The notes: generated by a model from the letters alone, not told the origin. Positions 35,836-49,309 are shown, counted from the whole stretch's first letter. The stretch: 63,990 bases of DNA, filler included, from Craspedostauros australis (GCA_030167865.1; 19 parts of 19 records of this genome joined end to end with filler, not necessarily neighbours in it), one strand, 5' to 3'. Numbers and translations are program-made.

Positions 35836-36259
35836 CCGATCAACATTTCCGGGCTGGACTGGACTGGACTTGTAAGTCGCATCCTTCAGCGTTGGCATGG
35901 GACCAGGCATCTGGTTGATCCTTTCGGAAGTCTTTCCAAGCAGCGTCCGCACCAAGGCAATGAGCGTCGCGACCTTCTTCAACCGCTTGACGGGGACCTT
36001 GATGTCCTCCACCTTCCTTTCCACGGCATCGGCGATGGGTTGGACGGGGGCCTTCCTGCTGCTTGCCGCCGTCTTCTCAATATCGGCGCTCTTCATCTTC
36101 TTCTATCTGCCAGAAACGAAAGGCAGGTCCTTGGAGGATATGTCCATGTACTTCGCAGAAATCACCGGCGATCAAAGCTTGCTGGAGGCGGAAGACAAGG
36201 TCGTGGAGAAGCGACGATCTACCGCAGCGGCAGAGATCGAGGCAGTCACACTCAGTTAG
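35836..36259 (+). pseudogene. 3' fragment of an MFS sugar/polyol transporter
   Basis: SFSVGMGP..WLI.SEVFP..VR.KAMSVATF.NR...LPETKGRSLE is the sugar-porter C-terminal signature. An in-frame TAA and a (GGACT)3 expansion lie just upstream. Confidence 0.75.
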
Positions 36260-36915
36260 GGGCAGCAGCCGAAGTATCTGAAGGTCATCCCACTTCGTGT
36301 TGACCCCTGCTTCTCACTCGCATCTTCATCTTTCGTATCTCGTATCTCGTGTACGTTGGTGCAACAAATCATCCAACTCATCCAACTCGCCCAGGACAAC
36401 TTCGCTCGTCTACTCAACGGTCTTGGAGGTCAAAGGTGCAACTTCGTGAACCAAATCGAGGCGGATATATCTGTCACAACATGCCTACGCTGCGATTGGG
36501 ACAACTAGGATCAGCATGAAGGTCAACATGGGGCAGACCAGCAGTCCATCGTACATTGGAGGAAGCGTAGGATACCCACACTACGTTTGCATCATCCTCA
36601 AAAGGCTAATCATCATCGTCATCAGATTCGTTGCTGCCCTCCGCGCTTGACATTTACTTGTTGTGTGTGCTCTCATTACTCCACCATGCAGACACTTGCA
36701 GAACACTGCTTGTGGCCATGAGGACATACTCTCCAGAGTGCATCACGCTGGAATAGTATGATGGACTGAGGCGCTTGATGCACAGTCCTCTATCTCGGCT
36801 TACTCCCCACGTTGTTAATCCATGAGTGTCCCAAGATCTGTGCCACTCAGAACAACCATTGACGCAGAACCGTCCCGTCGCATTGGCACTAGTTGCGGTT
36901 CTGCTCCGCTCTCGT

Positions 36916-37129
36916 TCACGTGAGCTTCTCTAAATAGGTGGCAACTTCGTAATACAAGAATCCTTCGCGCCGAACGCACTCGAGCGGAGTCTTCCCATCG
37001 TTGTTGCGAGCATTGAGATCAGCTCCACACGACTCCACCAGATACTTCACAACCTTCAAATACTCGCCATAATGGGCCTGTGAGCATGCTGTGTGGAGCA
37101 AGGTGTTTCCATGTGCATCTCGGGTGCTG
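36916..37129 (-). CDS. Ankyrin-repeat protein, 3' end only
   Basis: GNTLLHTAC....LKVVKYLVESCGADLNARNNDGKTPL. The 5' part is lost at the linker. Confidence 0.75.
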
Positions 37130-40113
37130 NNNNNNNNNNNNNNNNNNNNNNNNNNNNNNNNNNNNNNNNNNNNTTAATTAATTAANNNNNNNNNNNNNNN
37201 NNNNNNNNNNNNNNNNNNNNNNNNNNNNNGTACATGTCCGCTTCATATCAGCGCACGAAACCGAAGCCCGCGAACATCCGTACCCCGGAAAGTACGATCA
37301 AACGAAACGCAACTAACGCAACGAACACATCGAACACAAAATTCCCCCACTCCCAACGAACGCAAACAATGCTGATGCAGGAATCGTGCCTGCACAACAA
37401 ATAAGATCAGAAGAGGAAGAAATTGCGCTGCGACAAGAAGAAAACGAAGCCTCGGAGCGAATTGCGTGCGAGACACACACAATGAAGGAAAATACGGAAT
37501 CTCCTGACTTGNNGGAACAAAATGTNAGGACACAATTGTTGGAACGTGTCAGAGCNGCAATGGAGGGACTAAAANANTANATTAGNCCTGCAATTGACAT
37601 CGATAANTTGTCTTTTGGCGACACGAATCAAGGCACCAAGACACCGAATCTGGCCGTAGTGCGCTAGTCGTGTCTAGATGAGGGCAAAATCGAGGTGTCC
37701 ATAAAAATTAAAATAAGACATTAAACCAAAATCGGCGTCCACTATGATTCTTATGTTTTGTTCTAGTTTATGAATATGTGGGTGTCTGGGTCGAAAGCCC
37801 CGTATCTTCCCACCCCCTCAGGACCGACTGCAGGTCCTGTCACTCAAGTGGGTCCTACGCATCATTCCTGACAAATGCAATGGGACTCGTTTTTTAGTCC
37901 TGGGAAATGTGCGGCATAAAATTACGGTAAATGACTGTATTTTCCCAGCCGGTGTATATGAGCCCATTCAGTCACAAACCAACGAGTCGCGGGGGGAGCA
38001 GTCTACATGCGTTTTCAGGTTATTGCAGAATATTATGCANNNNNNNNNNNNNNNNNNNNNNNNNNNNNNNNNNNNNNNNNNNNNNNNNNNNNNNNNNNNN
38101 NNNNNNNNNNNNNNNNNNNNNNNNNNNNNNNTTGTAGGCACGCACGAAGTGAAGACGAACGGATGGTGTCAGAACACGATTTCGTTGATGGGGCTTCGGA
38201 TCGACGAGAAATACAGCATCACAGTTGCCAACAGGTGGTTTCTGGTGGTCTCCGGAAAGGACGTGGAACCCTGGAGGGATTCCAAAGAGCGACGCTAGCG
38301 CTACGTAACGAGAAGCCTTGAAACCTTTTTGTTGGTCTTCGAAGATGTCAAACAAGACAAGATTGATCTTTTTGGGGCAACGAGATAATATCNNNNNNNN
38401 NNNNNNNNNNNNNNNNNNNNNNNNNNNNNNNNNNNNTTAATTAATTAANNNNNNNNNNNNNNNNNNNNNNNNNNNNNNNNNNNNNNNNNNNNCCGTGAAC
38501 TTCCTAGTTGTTTCGCAGAAAGTTCGATTATGTTCTCGTGCATTTACCCTATGTCATCCAGTCACGGAATAGACGCAGGGATTGTCGTTCGTTTGGTACG
38601 CGTTAAATACACGTTAGCATCTGCGACATGATCTCACATTTTGCTCGTCACAACACACATCACACAAAACACATCACACATCCAACATCATCGCCATCCG
38701 CTCACAACTTCGGAAATCATCGCCACTCTTTCGCTCCATTTCACAACTTTCCTCGCCAATGCCATGCGCACTCGCTGTTGTGTTCCATGCTTGTGCTCGC
38801 TCTAGTAGTGTAGTAGTAGTAGTAGTAGCAGTTGTTGTTGTTGTTGTCAACAAATGGTCGACCTTCATCCCATGCTCTCCTTTCCTCACTTCGTCTCAGA
38901 CCAGTTCAACACATCCAACTAGCTAACAACTATACGAGGTCCAGATCGCAGTTGATGCACTCACGATAACACTAGTTGTGGAGTGTTTTTTGAGTTTTAC
39001 TCGTGATGAGTCGTGATAAAGTAGACTAAATTAGAGGACACCCAAAACCATCCAAACAACTGCTTATGATGTTATATCTCAACAACGCACCATTTAAAAT
39101 TAAAACTAGATAGTGCATTCGGACGATTGGCTATCGCTTATTCTGAATATCGAAGTTGAATTTGTATGAACTTTATTTTTAATGTCGTTTTGGCTTGCTG
39201 TCAGTCAGGTGGTGGGTGCGAAAAATTCTCGATGGCACCATGCNGCCCTACCTTCAGCACCCATGATCATCATTATCATCCNTGGCATTTTCACAATCNG
39301 CGCACCACATTGGCTCCGNANACCCCCCATCTATCCACTCCATGAAGGACAGAAAAATCTGGGCGCATTGGATATCCCAAAGGCTCCCTGCACTGAAACG
39401 CAGAAATTTCGAACACCCGATTCCGACGCGGATGCCATTCGTATTTGGATCCGTATCTCGTCGATACGATCCTTGCAGCTCCTCCACATGCTCCCCATGC
39501 GTTCTCGCATTCTCTGGCGACACACTGATGTGTTCAGAATGGGTGGGGCGCTCATACCTCCAAAGGTACACCTCCTTGTGATGATGTCATCATGCTGTTT
39601 TTCCGACACCCAAAAAAATCCCTTTTGTGTGCATCCCAGGCTGCAGCCTCTTCCAGACCTTTGTTTTTTCTGGCGCTTCATGAACCGATCCCTGAGNNNN
39701 NNNNNNNNNNNNNNNNNNNNNNNNNNNNNNNNNNNNNNNNNNNNNNNNNNNNNNNNNNNNNNNNNNNNNNNNNNNNNNNNNNNNNNNNNNCCACCCACCA
39801 AAAAACTCTTGCCCTCCACTTGTTTCTTGCGGAGGGCACCTTCCAGGCCACCCCCGACCCTCAAACTTCGTGGGAGCCTTCATACCATCCTCTTGGATGC
39901 GTTTTGCCCATCAATAGTCGTTGGAATGGCCTGTGCATTCCAGGCAGAGACCGTATCCAACAAGCGGATTTTCCTCCGAATCGTGTCNNNNNNNNNNNNN
40001 NNNNNNNNNNNNNNNNNNNNNNNNNNNNNNNTTAATTAATTAANNNNNNNNNNNNNNNNNNNNNNNNNNNNNNNNNNNNNNNNNNNNGTCTCAACGCAGT
40101 GTATTAAGTCCCG

Positions 40114-42756
40114 TTAAATTAGGTCACGATCTAGAAAAGTGAAAATCGGACAAAATGTTGGGTGTTCCTGGATGACAATTCTTTTCTTGTCCGGATGCAT
40201 GACGGGAAAGATGTCCGCCATAAGTATCTTGAGAAGCCCTGCAACCTGCACTTGATCTTGTGCATGATAGTTTTTTATCAGCATGTCCACAAAGCGATAG
40301 TGATACTCACCTCCTTCATAAGTAATGGTCATCACACCCAGAAGTGACATTCCCTTTTTGGCAAAATATGCCGATTGACATTCTTTGCTGCAGATGGGCA
40401 ATATCTTCTGCTTGTGATCAAGCACAACAATCATTTTGTCTTGTTCGTTGATAAGTGATTCCTTCTCCTTTCGGATTTGCTCAAATTGCACCATTGCCCT
40501 CACCTTGTGTGACATGTACACACCAAGCTGCTTGTCACACAGAGACACAGCCCCAAACATAGTGTTGAACTCTGCTTGGTCCTGTTGGTTGCGGATGTGA
40601 CCCTTGGTGCGTTCAAGGTAGTCTGTGACACGGAAGGAGAAGAATGTCATTGCATGTGCACAACGTGCACAGACTTCTTGTTGGGCCTCACATTCGCCGG
40701 TGGTGAGTGCGAATTGCGCTGAGTGAAGGTGGTCATCCTCACATTGGACGCGCACATGTGAATGCGTGTACTCCCATTTGACAAAGGTGAAAACTTCGTT
40801 CCACTCTTCGCCAATTTCGAGTGCCTCTTTGCGTAGATCGTTCGTGGCATCATCTGTGCCCAGCATTTCGATGATTCGCGTGAGCATATCAGTGAACTTG
40901 ATTGACATTTCCAAAGTGTCCACATAGTAGGAGGAAAGACCTGTTTCGCACTTGCCACGTTTGGTGAGGAGGGCAAAAATCTCGCGGAAAGTATTGAAGC
41001 CCACTGGTTTTGTCGCTGTCTGCTTGTATTGGCGAAATAGCTGTCTGACAGTCTGTTTGCCGCGTAGGAAGATAGGCAAACCATTGTACACCACGCCATG
41101 GAGCTTCACCTTGCGCGATCTGCCTGGCTTGAAATTCGTGACAGAGGCGAGGAAGGAAGTTACCTCCTGAAGTTTTTCACGACCAAGGCGACTTCTCGAC
41201 TCCCCAACAGGAATTGGCCCGCCGCTGATAATTTTCCTGGCAGCACCAATCAGTTGCTTGTGCTTGGAGCTGTGCATTTTAGTCCGCATGGAGATGACCT
41301 TCACCTGATCTTCTGGGGAGAGGCGCTTGTAGTGGTGCGTGAGGATGGCAGCACAGTCTTTGCAGGTTGAAGTTGATGCGAGGATTGCGCCTGCCATTTT
41401 TGACACATCTCTGTTCCCAAAGAAGAGCATCAGGCAGACAGTTTCCTCCAAGGTGAGTGAAGGCAGGCGTTTGTCATCTCTGACAAATCTCATCACATTG
41501 GCAAGTTGGCGCAGACATGGTCTGTTGGGAAAGATGATCTGTGATGAGATCGTGGACAACCGATCCCATGCTCTGTTGATCATTGCCCACTTCTGTGTCT
41601 CATGTTTACCAGGAATTGTGTGGTAGCCTTGTTTGCAAAAGTCTCTCAAACCATGCATGTTGTGGCGGGCCATGCTGATGATGGAGGACAGTTTCTCCCA
41701 AGACTTTGTATTGCCATCCCATGTTGGCCACATATCTTCCATTTCATCATAGTCAACATCTCTGCCATCCTCCTGGCTGTCATCGCTTGCCATCATGTTG
41801 CTGAGGAGCTCATCATCACTATCATCATCATAGTCATACATTGCAGCAGCCTCCTCAATGATGGTATCGGTAGGTCTACTGTTGATGGCAGTGTGATTTT
41901 CGTAGTCATCGTTGTTGTGGATTTTAGTGGTGTTAGTATCGTTGACTGTCTGTTTGTTGGAAACGGCGTCTGTCTGTTTGATGTGAAGTCCAACTGCCAA
42001 CTTGGGTTGCGTGTTATTTTCCACGTTGTTGTGAGCGATGTCAGTTTGTTTTTCGATTTGGCTGTCGGTTCCAAGAGTGGCTTGGCTGTCACTTCCAATT
42101 GCTCTGTTTCCCGCGCAATCTGGGCACACGGCCAACTTCGCGCGTTGCTGGAAACAACAGGAACAGAAGTGCACACCACATGCACGACATAGCATGATGC
42201 CGAAACGGTTCTTCCCCTCCTCCTTTGCAGTTTGGGCGAATTCACGGCTTTCGTGCATGGCGGATCCGACGTTTTCAGAAAGGCTGCGCTTGGCGACTTC
42301 AGTTGGGAGTCTCAGCATGTTGAAATCGTCCGTCGTCCCTCCGCCATTTGGCAAGCTCATGTTGTGGTGGATGTGCGCAGCAGGTGGTGGGTACCAGGCA
42401 GGACTTGGTCGATGGAATGTTGGCTGTCCATGCTGTGGTGGAGGCGATGCATAGGATGGGTGCATCACAGGGTTCATCATGTTCTGGTAGGGGTACGAGT
42501 ATGGGTATGGAACAGGGCGAGCCACAATAGGTGGGCCAGAGTACATTGCAGGCGAGTTGGGGTGGACGAGGCCTGGGCTTGGTGGTTGGTTGTGATGGTT
42601 GATGTGGCCACTGTTTGCATACTCGTACCTTGGAGACTTTGGTGGTGGTGGCTGGGTGTGGCCGAACCCGGAATCGCGTGGATGATACATGTTGCACAGT
42701 GAAGGATGTTGGGCTTGAGATTGGGTGGAATTATGTGCAAGTCGACAAAGGTGCAC
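40114..42756 (-). mobile_element. Probable DDE transposase (Sola3-like), C-terminally defective
   Basis: VVLDHKQKILP...ECQ..YF.KKGMSLLG resembles the D-W/F-x-x-K-x-L-P...E.Q..(W/F)FGK.G motif I associate with Sola3-type transposases. Upstream GLSSYY and H...FAL.....C..C motifs also fit. The assignment is from memory. Confidence 0.55.
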
Positions 42757-43032
42757 GAAGCATGAATACTTTCAAGATGCTGGAGCAAAGGTGCAAACAA
42801 CATGCAAGAAGAACACAATGAAGAGCGCACAAGTCACCGGAGAGGGATGAGGACGGCAGAACGACACGCTGGTTTGTACAACTTCGGCCAAGAGCGGATT
42901 TTCCTATCGAAGTCCACGACCGACACACAGCGNNNNNNNNNNNNNNNNNNNNNNNNNNNNNNNNNNNNNNNNNNNNTTAATTAATTAANNNNNNNNNNNN
43001 NNNNNNNNNNNNNNNNNNNNNNNNNNNNNNNN

Positions 43033-43950
43033 GCTGATCTCGTGCCTGACGTCTTGAAGGCAGGAGTGCAATAGCTTGAGCCATGCGATGTAGACATCTG
43101 GATCAGTGTCCTTCTTTATCTTCTTGTTGTTGAACTGCCTCTTGAGCTTGATCTTGGTGGCGGCATCGGACGGCTTGTACTTCTCCGTGAGAAGTTTCCA
43201 CACCTTGTGTGGGTTCCCCTCAGGGAATATGTCGGAGATGCATTGGTTGTTGTATTGGATGGCTTGCTTGCCTGTACCCTTCTCTGCATCCATCATGAGG
43301 ATCAGATCGCTGAAGCAGTTGGCTGCCAGCTCGTAGGTCTCCTCCAATACTTCCTTGTCTGCTTCTGTGGCAGCTCCAATTTCGCTCTTGGTTAGGATCC
43401 TCGTCTTCCCCAACATCACATCTCTTGTTCTCTGCACACGCATGTACGCCTTCGCTTGGGACTCCCAGGCATTGTAGTCCTCCTGACTACTACTGAATAG
43501 CGGCGCCTTGATGGGTTGCTTGTTCACGTTGGCTGATGTCGCCATGTTACTCCGTTGCTATGTTGATGTTACGTGCACGCTTGTGATCTCCGTTTGTTTC
43601 TGTGTGATCACTTTTTCAATTTTCGCTCGTGTTTCCGCGGAGATGTCTTTCGTCACAAATTCTCCTCCTCNTGTTGTCTCACTTTCTCTGCTCTGTTTGG
43701 CCGTGCGAATGCTCTTCGCCACACCTGTCTCTTCTTGCTTGATATTTGTGAGAATGCTCTTCTGCACAAGTCGTAGTCTCGCAAACCAATCCTTGTTGGT
43801 CTCGTCGATCGCGCTTACTTCTGCGCTAGAGAGGACAGTGGGCGCACCTACTTCCTTCTGTGGTTGAAGTGGAGTCTCACTCGCACCTTCTTCTTGTTTG
43901 ATAGTTGGGTTGGACAGAGGGATGTCTTTCAATTCCTCTTCCTCACTCAT
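43033..43950 (-). mobile_element. Ty1/copia (CoDi-like) gag 5' part with an in-frame TAG at 43558-43560
   Basis: F.....DY..W, FPEGN...VW..L..KY.P......LK..F......DPD.YI..L gag pattern. ORFs 43558..43950 and ..43545 are in the same frame, separated by one stop. Confidence 0.75.
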
Positions 43951-44031
43951 TCAGCATGCTGCTCTTGAATGATGTGGTCTTCTTTGCACGATCTGATCCG
44001 CGGGCTCGCCTTGATCTATTGTTTATAAACG

Positions 44032-44784
44032 TGTTGGAAAGTTCCGTAGACGGATACCTTGCAATCGTGGAAGACAGTGATGGCTGTTATGATGACAATT
44101 GCTATTTCATGACATTGCTCCTCTGATGCTCTTGGTGTCTCTCTCTGACTATGAGNNNNNNNNNNNNNNNNNNNNNNNNNNNNNNNNNNNNNNNNNNNNN
44201 NNNNNNATATTTCGCGTCCACAACAAGCAATATTTCGTACTCGATATGTGCTCTGTATTCGACACATACTCAGCCGTCTTGTCCTCTACTGGCCCACTAC
44301 TCTGCGAGTATTTGCCAATGTTTTGTCCAAACTCCTCCTTGTATATCTACAATCTTGATATTACTTGGCCATTGAATCTTTGCCTTCTTGATCTGATGTG
44401 GAGACAGCTGCCAACGTGGTGACATGATGACATCCTGTCAATGTCAGCTGTTGTCTTCCATGGTCCTTCAGATTCCAGATTCCATTGATGATGCAGTGGT
44501 CTGGCGAGGGTGTCGTCATTTGAGGTTTAGTTGGGAAACATATCAAGCCTGACTCGATATCACATGTTTTGTTGATGGATGGACGGACGATGTTCCTTAT
44601 GCTCTCATAAATGGTTGTTCACAAATTTCCCCAAAATGTTGGTGGTTTTTGTGTGTCCGAATTCGTGATGTGATTTCGATCAATCACAGTTCACTATCAA
44701 CACGAATGTAGTTGCGCCGTCTGTGTGTATAGTATAAGAGAACAATGAGTGAGCGATGCACATACACATATGCACATTCCAACA
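44032..44784 (-). mobile_element. 5' LTR (~753 bp) of the copia element at 43033-43950
   Basis: Perfect 8-bp terminal inverted repeat TGTTGGAA...TTCCAACA, ending 82 nt upstream of the gag ATG. Confidence 0.65.
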
Positions 44785-45008
44785 TTGCTAGCCTCATCCG
44801 CAGGGACATCATCGTTGGCAGGATCCTTAGAAATCCTGGCATCACTGTCTGCAGTGGTGTCAACTGCATCAAGTGTGGGATCTGGTGGTGGCGCAATGCA
44901 TGTTGGCANNNNNNNNNNNNNNNNNNNNNNNNNNNNNNNNNNNNNNNNNNNNTTAATTAATTAANNNNNNNNNNNNNNNNNNNNNNNNNNNNNNNNNNNN
45001 NNNNNNNN

Positions 45009-45783
45009 ATACCGCGCAGTCTTCGCCACACGTGTTGCACAGACCATGAGCATCAACCTCCCAGCCAAGCGCATGGACGCTGCCGCATTGGCAAAGGAGT
45101 TCCAAGCCATCGATACCAAGTCCTCCAACGCCGACGGCAACATCACGAAGGAAGGCATGTGGGAGTTCTTGAGCTCTGGCAAGGCAGTTGAGACCAACCG
45201 CCGCGACTTTGAAGCCTTGTGGGCAGTCATGGATGCGGATGGCAACGGTTCCGTTGACTTTTTGGAGTTTTGTGCCTTCATGGGTCAGGTGAGTTCGATA
45301 TGGTGTGGTGTGGTGTGGTGTGGTGTGGTGTTGCGCCGACTGATACATGTCGTGTGAGTCATGCAGAGTACTCTACTTTACATCATTTGGCAGCATACCA
45401 TACGTACTCGTCGTCTCACAAATGAACTCCCTGCTTTCTTGCTTCATTGGATGCGTGTCTGCGTGTGTGCGCACATCCATTCGGCTCTCATCGATGCATC
45501 TCCGATGCTCCCTATGACATGCAGCCTGCCACGACTTACTCTCTTTCCCCGCTCGCAGTGCCACGAGGAATACGATGCAGCCTGCAACGATCGCTCGTTG
45601 ATGGTTGAACGCGTGTCCCGCCGAATCTCCCATCGTTTCTCCCAAGCCAATGCCTCAGCCGCTGGTGTGACTGGAACAACAGTCAAATCTGGTGGGGAGA
45701 GCTCGGAGGGCGACGGTGGGTCTGACAAGAATGCAGACGACTCGCAGGTGAAGGAAGGAGACGAGGACTCCGTCCACGTGTAA
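45009..45783 (+). CDS. EF-hand calcium-binding protein, 3' part; exons ..45288 and 45559-45783
   Basis: Canonical loop DADGNGSVDFLEF plus a degenerate second hand. Phase-0 GTGAGT..CAG intron at 45289-45558. Confidence 0.75.
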
Positions 45784-47472
45784 ACGAAGTGGCGCCATGA
45801 GGTGAGACGAGACGCGATGAGCATACTCTATCAGACTTCAACCAACTCGAGAGTCGCCAAATCAGGGTGGATCATTCCGACTTGCATCAACTGCGACGTG
45901 GAGCATTACCGATGCCAAACTTTGATGGTTCGGCATCCACGATGGTTTGCGAAGGCGGTGGATACGTAGATACGCGGGTTCATGGATAGATGGGTGGATG
46001 GACCAGTATGAAATCAAATCCCCGATTCGCTGACGGGGCGGCCTCATTTCGATGAATACTTTGCTTCCATACGACACGACCGTGCACTCCAACTTGCCCA
46101 TACGACCATGACCTATGAACAGACACATACAATTCAGGCGAGTAGGCAGCAACATGGCTATGGCTGTGAAGACTGCAGACCCCGAACGGACAATAGTACC
46201 AACATGAATTCAGAAATCAGTGGTATTATCCATACGTACTCGCACATGTCGTAAGCAAACATGAAAGCTCTGCATTTTCTTTGTGATGTCTCGGCACATG
46301 TGCATGTACATGTGTATGCGCATGTGTGTGCGCGTGTATGAGTGTTTGCGTGCGCGCGTGTGTGTCTACGTCCGGATGTCGAGACAGAACCAGCGCTTGC
46401 TGCTGCTGTCGTATTGCTTGCCTTCTTCGTCTGTTGTTCCANNNNNNNNNNNNNNNNNNNNNNNNNNNNNNNNNNNNNNNNNNNNTTAATTAATTAANNN
46501 NNNNNNNNNNNNNNNNNNNNNNNNNNNNNNNNNNNNNNNNNAATATGTGTGAGCAGTCATTTGCGCAACTGTGACCCCTACCGGGTCATACACGAATCTG
46601 AATATTCGTCATGTTCCAACAACCCAACACAGCAGAATACCTGGGCTGGTGTGTGATCACGCGTACTGGTATCCCGCAGATGTTGCGACTTCCATGATGT
46701 GAATCATGGACACCACGCAGGCAGTTTTCTGCTCCCGACTTGTCCCAAGCGTGTGGGCCACAACACAAAGTTGGAGAACGGCACAACGATTGGAATACTG
46801 TTGTCTCCAAGCTACCATACGTATGCAGGATGGATGAGTGGAACATCACACGCCACGCTTCGCCACAGCTCGTGCCCCACGTCTGCGCGGTCCCGGTTCA
46901 TCATCAATGCGTTTTGGATTGACTGAACATGGCGAACAAGGTACCGATTGCGCTTTGGCACCCCGCCCTTGTACGGGTACTCGTGCGCGTGCCACACATC
47001 TTGACGACGCACACTCAAAAATGCGAAAGTCTCACGAAGTGAGACCTTCGTGATGTTTCGGCCCAGGGGGACCTTTTGCGCTTTGAGGTAGGCGTTGATG
47101 CAATAAAAGTCAATGAGTTGGGTGGCGCAAGAGGAAGCAAATATACGAGCACCAACAACAGTAGAAAGGGCCAGCGTTGGTGTCCGAGCTATTGTATGAT
47201 GTTGTACAAGCTCTTCATATCTGTGGCCACGACACTCTGGACTTGTAGCTTGTGGGCATCTCGGGAAGGCTCGCCTGTGATGAACAAAGTGGCTGATCTG
47301 TCCATAAAATACTGAAAATCGGCAAATAGACAACCGAGAAACCACTGCTCTGTTTGCGGAGACCGCTTTCCGCAAACAAACCACGTCAAGTCAAGCAACA
47401 CCGTCACAAAAGTTGTAGAGTAGAGCCCTTGATTGCTCCAGCCACCATCGAAACGAAGCATAATACTCAACG

Positions 47473-47798
47473 ATGAACAAGCCAGAACAAAATCTGGAGC
47501 TCGGTTCTTCTCACAACAGCGAAGAGGTAGCCATGGCCAACGAGAGCAAGGAAGGTGAGACCAGCAGCAGCCGTCACGATGTGGCAGGCAAGACAAGCAA
47601 TCCGCGCCGCAAGTTTCAAGATGAAGCACAATCGTCAGGAACCGCCTCAACACAAGATGAACAACGTCACATCTTCCACAAGGCCAAGCAACTCCTCGAA
47701 CCAGCGGCAGTTTACCGCTCCGTGATCTACCTCTACGCCGAGCGCAAGCTCTTGGTCTTCTTCCTCATCCACTTCATGACCACCATGGTGGTGTTCAC
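47473..47798 (+). CDS. 5' fragment of a membrane protein, possibly NADPH oxidase/ferric reductase-like
   Basis: Hydrophilic N-terminus, then YLYAERKLLVFFLIHF.TTMVV TM start, cut by the linker. The resemblance to diatom RBOH N-termini is from memory only. Confidence 0.4.
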
Positions 47799-47898
47799 NN
47801 NNNNNNNNNNNNNNNNNNNNNNNNNNNNNNNNNNNNNNNNNNTTAATTAATTAANNNNNNNNNNNNNNNNNNNNNNNNNNNNNNNNNNNNNNNNNNNN

Positions 47899-49209
47899 AC
47901 TCGCTGGCGAACTGAACGGACTCAAGACCATGGTCGGCGACATTGGAAACGCCTACCTGGAGGCATACACGAAGGAGAAGATTCGCTTCGTAGCCGGCGA
48001 CGAGTTCGGGGAGCATGCAGGCCACATGCTCACGATTGTCAAGGCGCTCTACGGCCTCCCGACATCCGGAGCTCGCTTCCACGAAGCGCTGGCAGATACC
48101 CTTCGAGACATGGGCTTCCAGCAGTGCAGGTCTGACCCCGACGTATGGATGCGTGATGCAGGTCCGCACTGGGAATACGTATGTGTATACGTAGACGATC
48201 TCATGGCGGTCATGTCTGACCCACGTTCCTTCTTCGACACTCTCACTTCGCAGTACGGCTACAAGCTCAAAGGTGTCGGTTCCATCTCCTACCATCTAGG
48301 AGCAGACTTCGGAAGAGACAGCGACGGCACAATGAAGATCAGCGCGCGTTCCTACATCAAGCGCATGCTCACGAACTACGAACAGATGTTCGACGGACCA
48401 CCCAACAAGACCAGCTGCCCCATGGACAAGGACGACAGTCCTGAGCTCGATACGACACCCGAGCTCGGGGAGATCGATCGAACCAAGTACATGTCGTTGA
48501 TCGGAGCACTCCAATGGTGTGTGTCTCTGGGAAGGATCGACATACATGTGGCGGTCATGACTCTTTCCCGTTTCCGTGCATCACCAAGAGCAGGACACAT
48601 GGACAGAGTGAAACGCATCTACGGGTATCTTCGAAAATACCCAGACGCTTCCATCCGCTTCCGAACCGGAATCCCCAACCATGAAGAACACTACGACATC
48701 CCACAGCACAAATGGATGTACTCTGTGTACGGACCCAACCGAGAGGAGCTGCCGGCGGATGCACCGACAGCCAAAGGCAAACCAGTACGTACCACGACTT
48801 TCGTTGATGCGAATCTCATGCACTGCAAGGTGACTGGGAAATCAGCAACTGGTATCGTGCATCTCATCAACCAAACACCCATCGAATGGTTCTCGAAGCG
48901 ACAGTCCACNGTGGAGACGGCCACCTACGGATCAGAATTCGTGGCAGCACGGTTGGCAACCGAACAGATCATGTCCATCCGCTTGATGCTGTGCGAAATG
49001 GGAATACCAGTGGACGGACCAAGCTGGCTCTTTGGTGACAACCAGAGCGTAGTCACATCCTCCACCATCCCAACCAGTGTACTATCCAAGAGACACAACG
49101 CACTGGCCTACCACCGAGTCCGATCGGCCATCGCCGCTGGGACAATGTACTTCATCAAGATCAAGGGAAACCAGAACATCGCCGACATCCTCACGAAATT
49201 CCTTCCACG
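47899..49209 (+). mobile_element. Ty1/copia (CoDi-like) reverse transcriptase + RNase H fragment
   Basis: GDIGNAYL, KALYGL..SGA, DPDVWMR, YVCVYVDDL, FVDAN...C..T.KS.TG, ETATYGSEF.A, GDNQSVV and NIADILTK. Confidence 0.95.
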
Positions 49210-49309
49210 NNNNNNNNNNNNNNNNNNNNNNNNNNNNNNNNNNNNNNNNNNNNTTAATTAATTAANNNNNNNNNNNNNNNNNNNNNNNNNNNNNNNNNNN
49301 NNNNNNNNN

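Noticed and set aside
37230..39987. Short ORFs and repeated GGTGTCC/GACACCC motifs in N-rich scaffolds
   Set aside because: Low-quality sequence with no assignable protein or defined element ends.
43546..43560. Programmed stop-codon readthrough in gag (TAG CAA CGG)
   Set aside because: The context does not match the CAR-YYA readthrough signal, and a C>T nonsense mutation is simpler.
46812..47384. 190-aa minus-strand ORF
   Set aside because: No ATG start or recognisable motif, so it was left uncalled.
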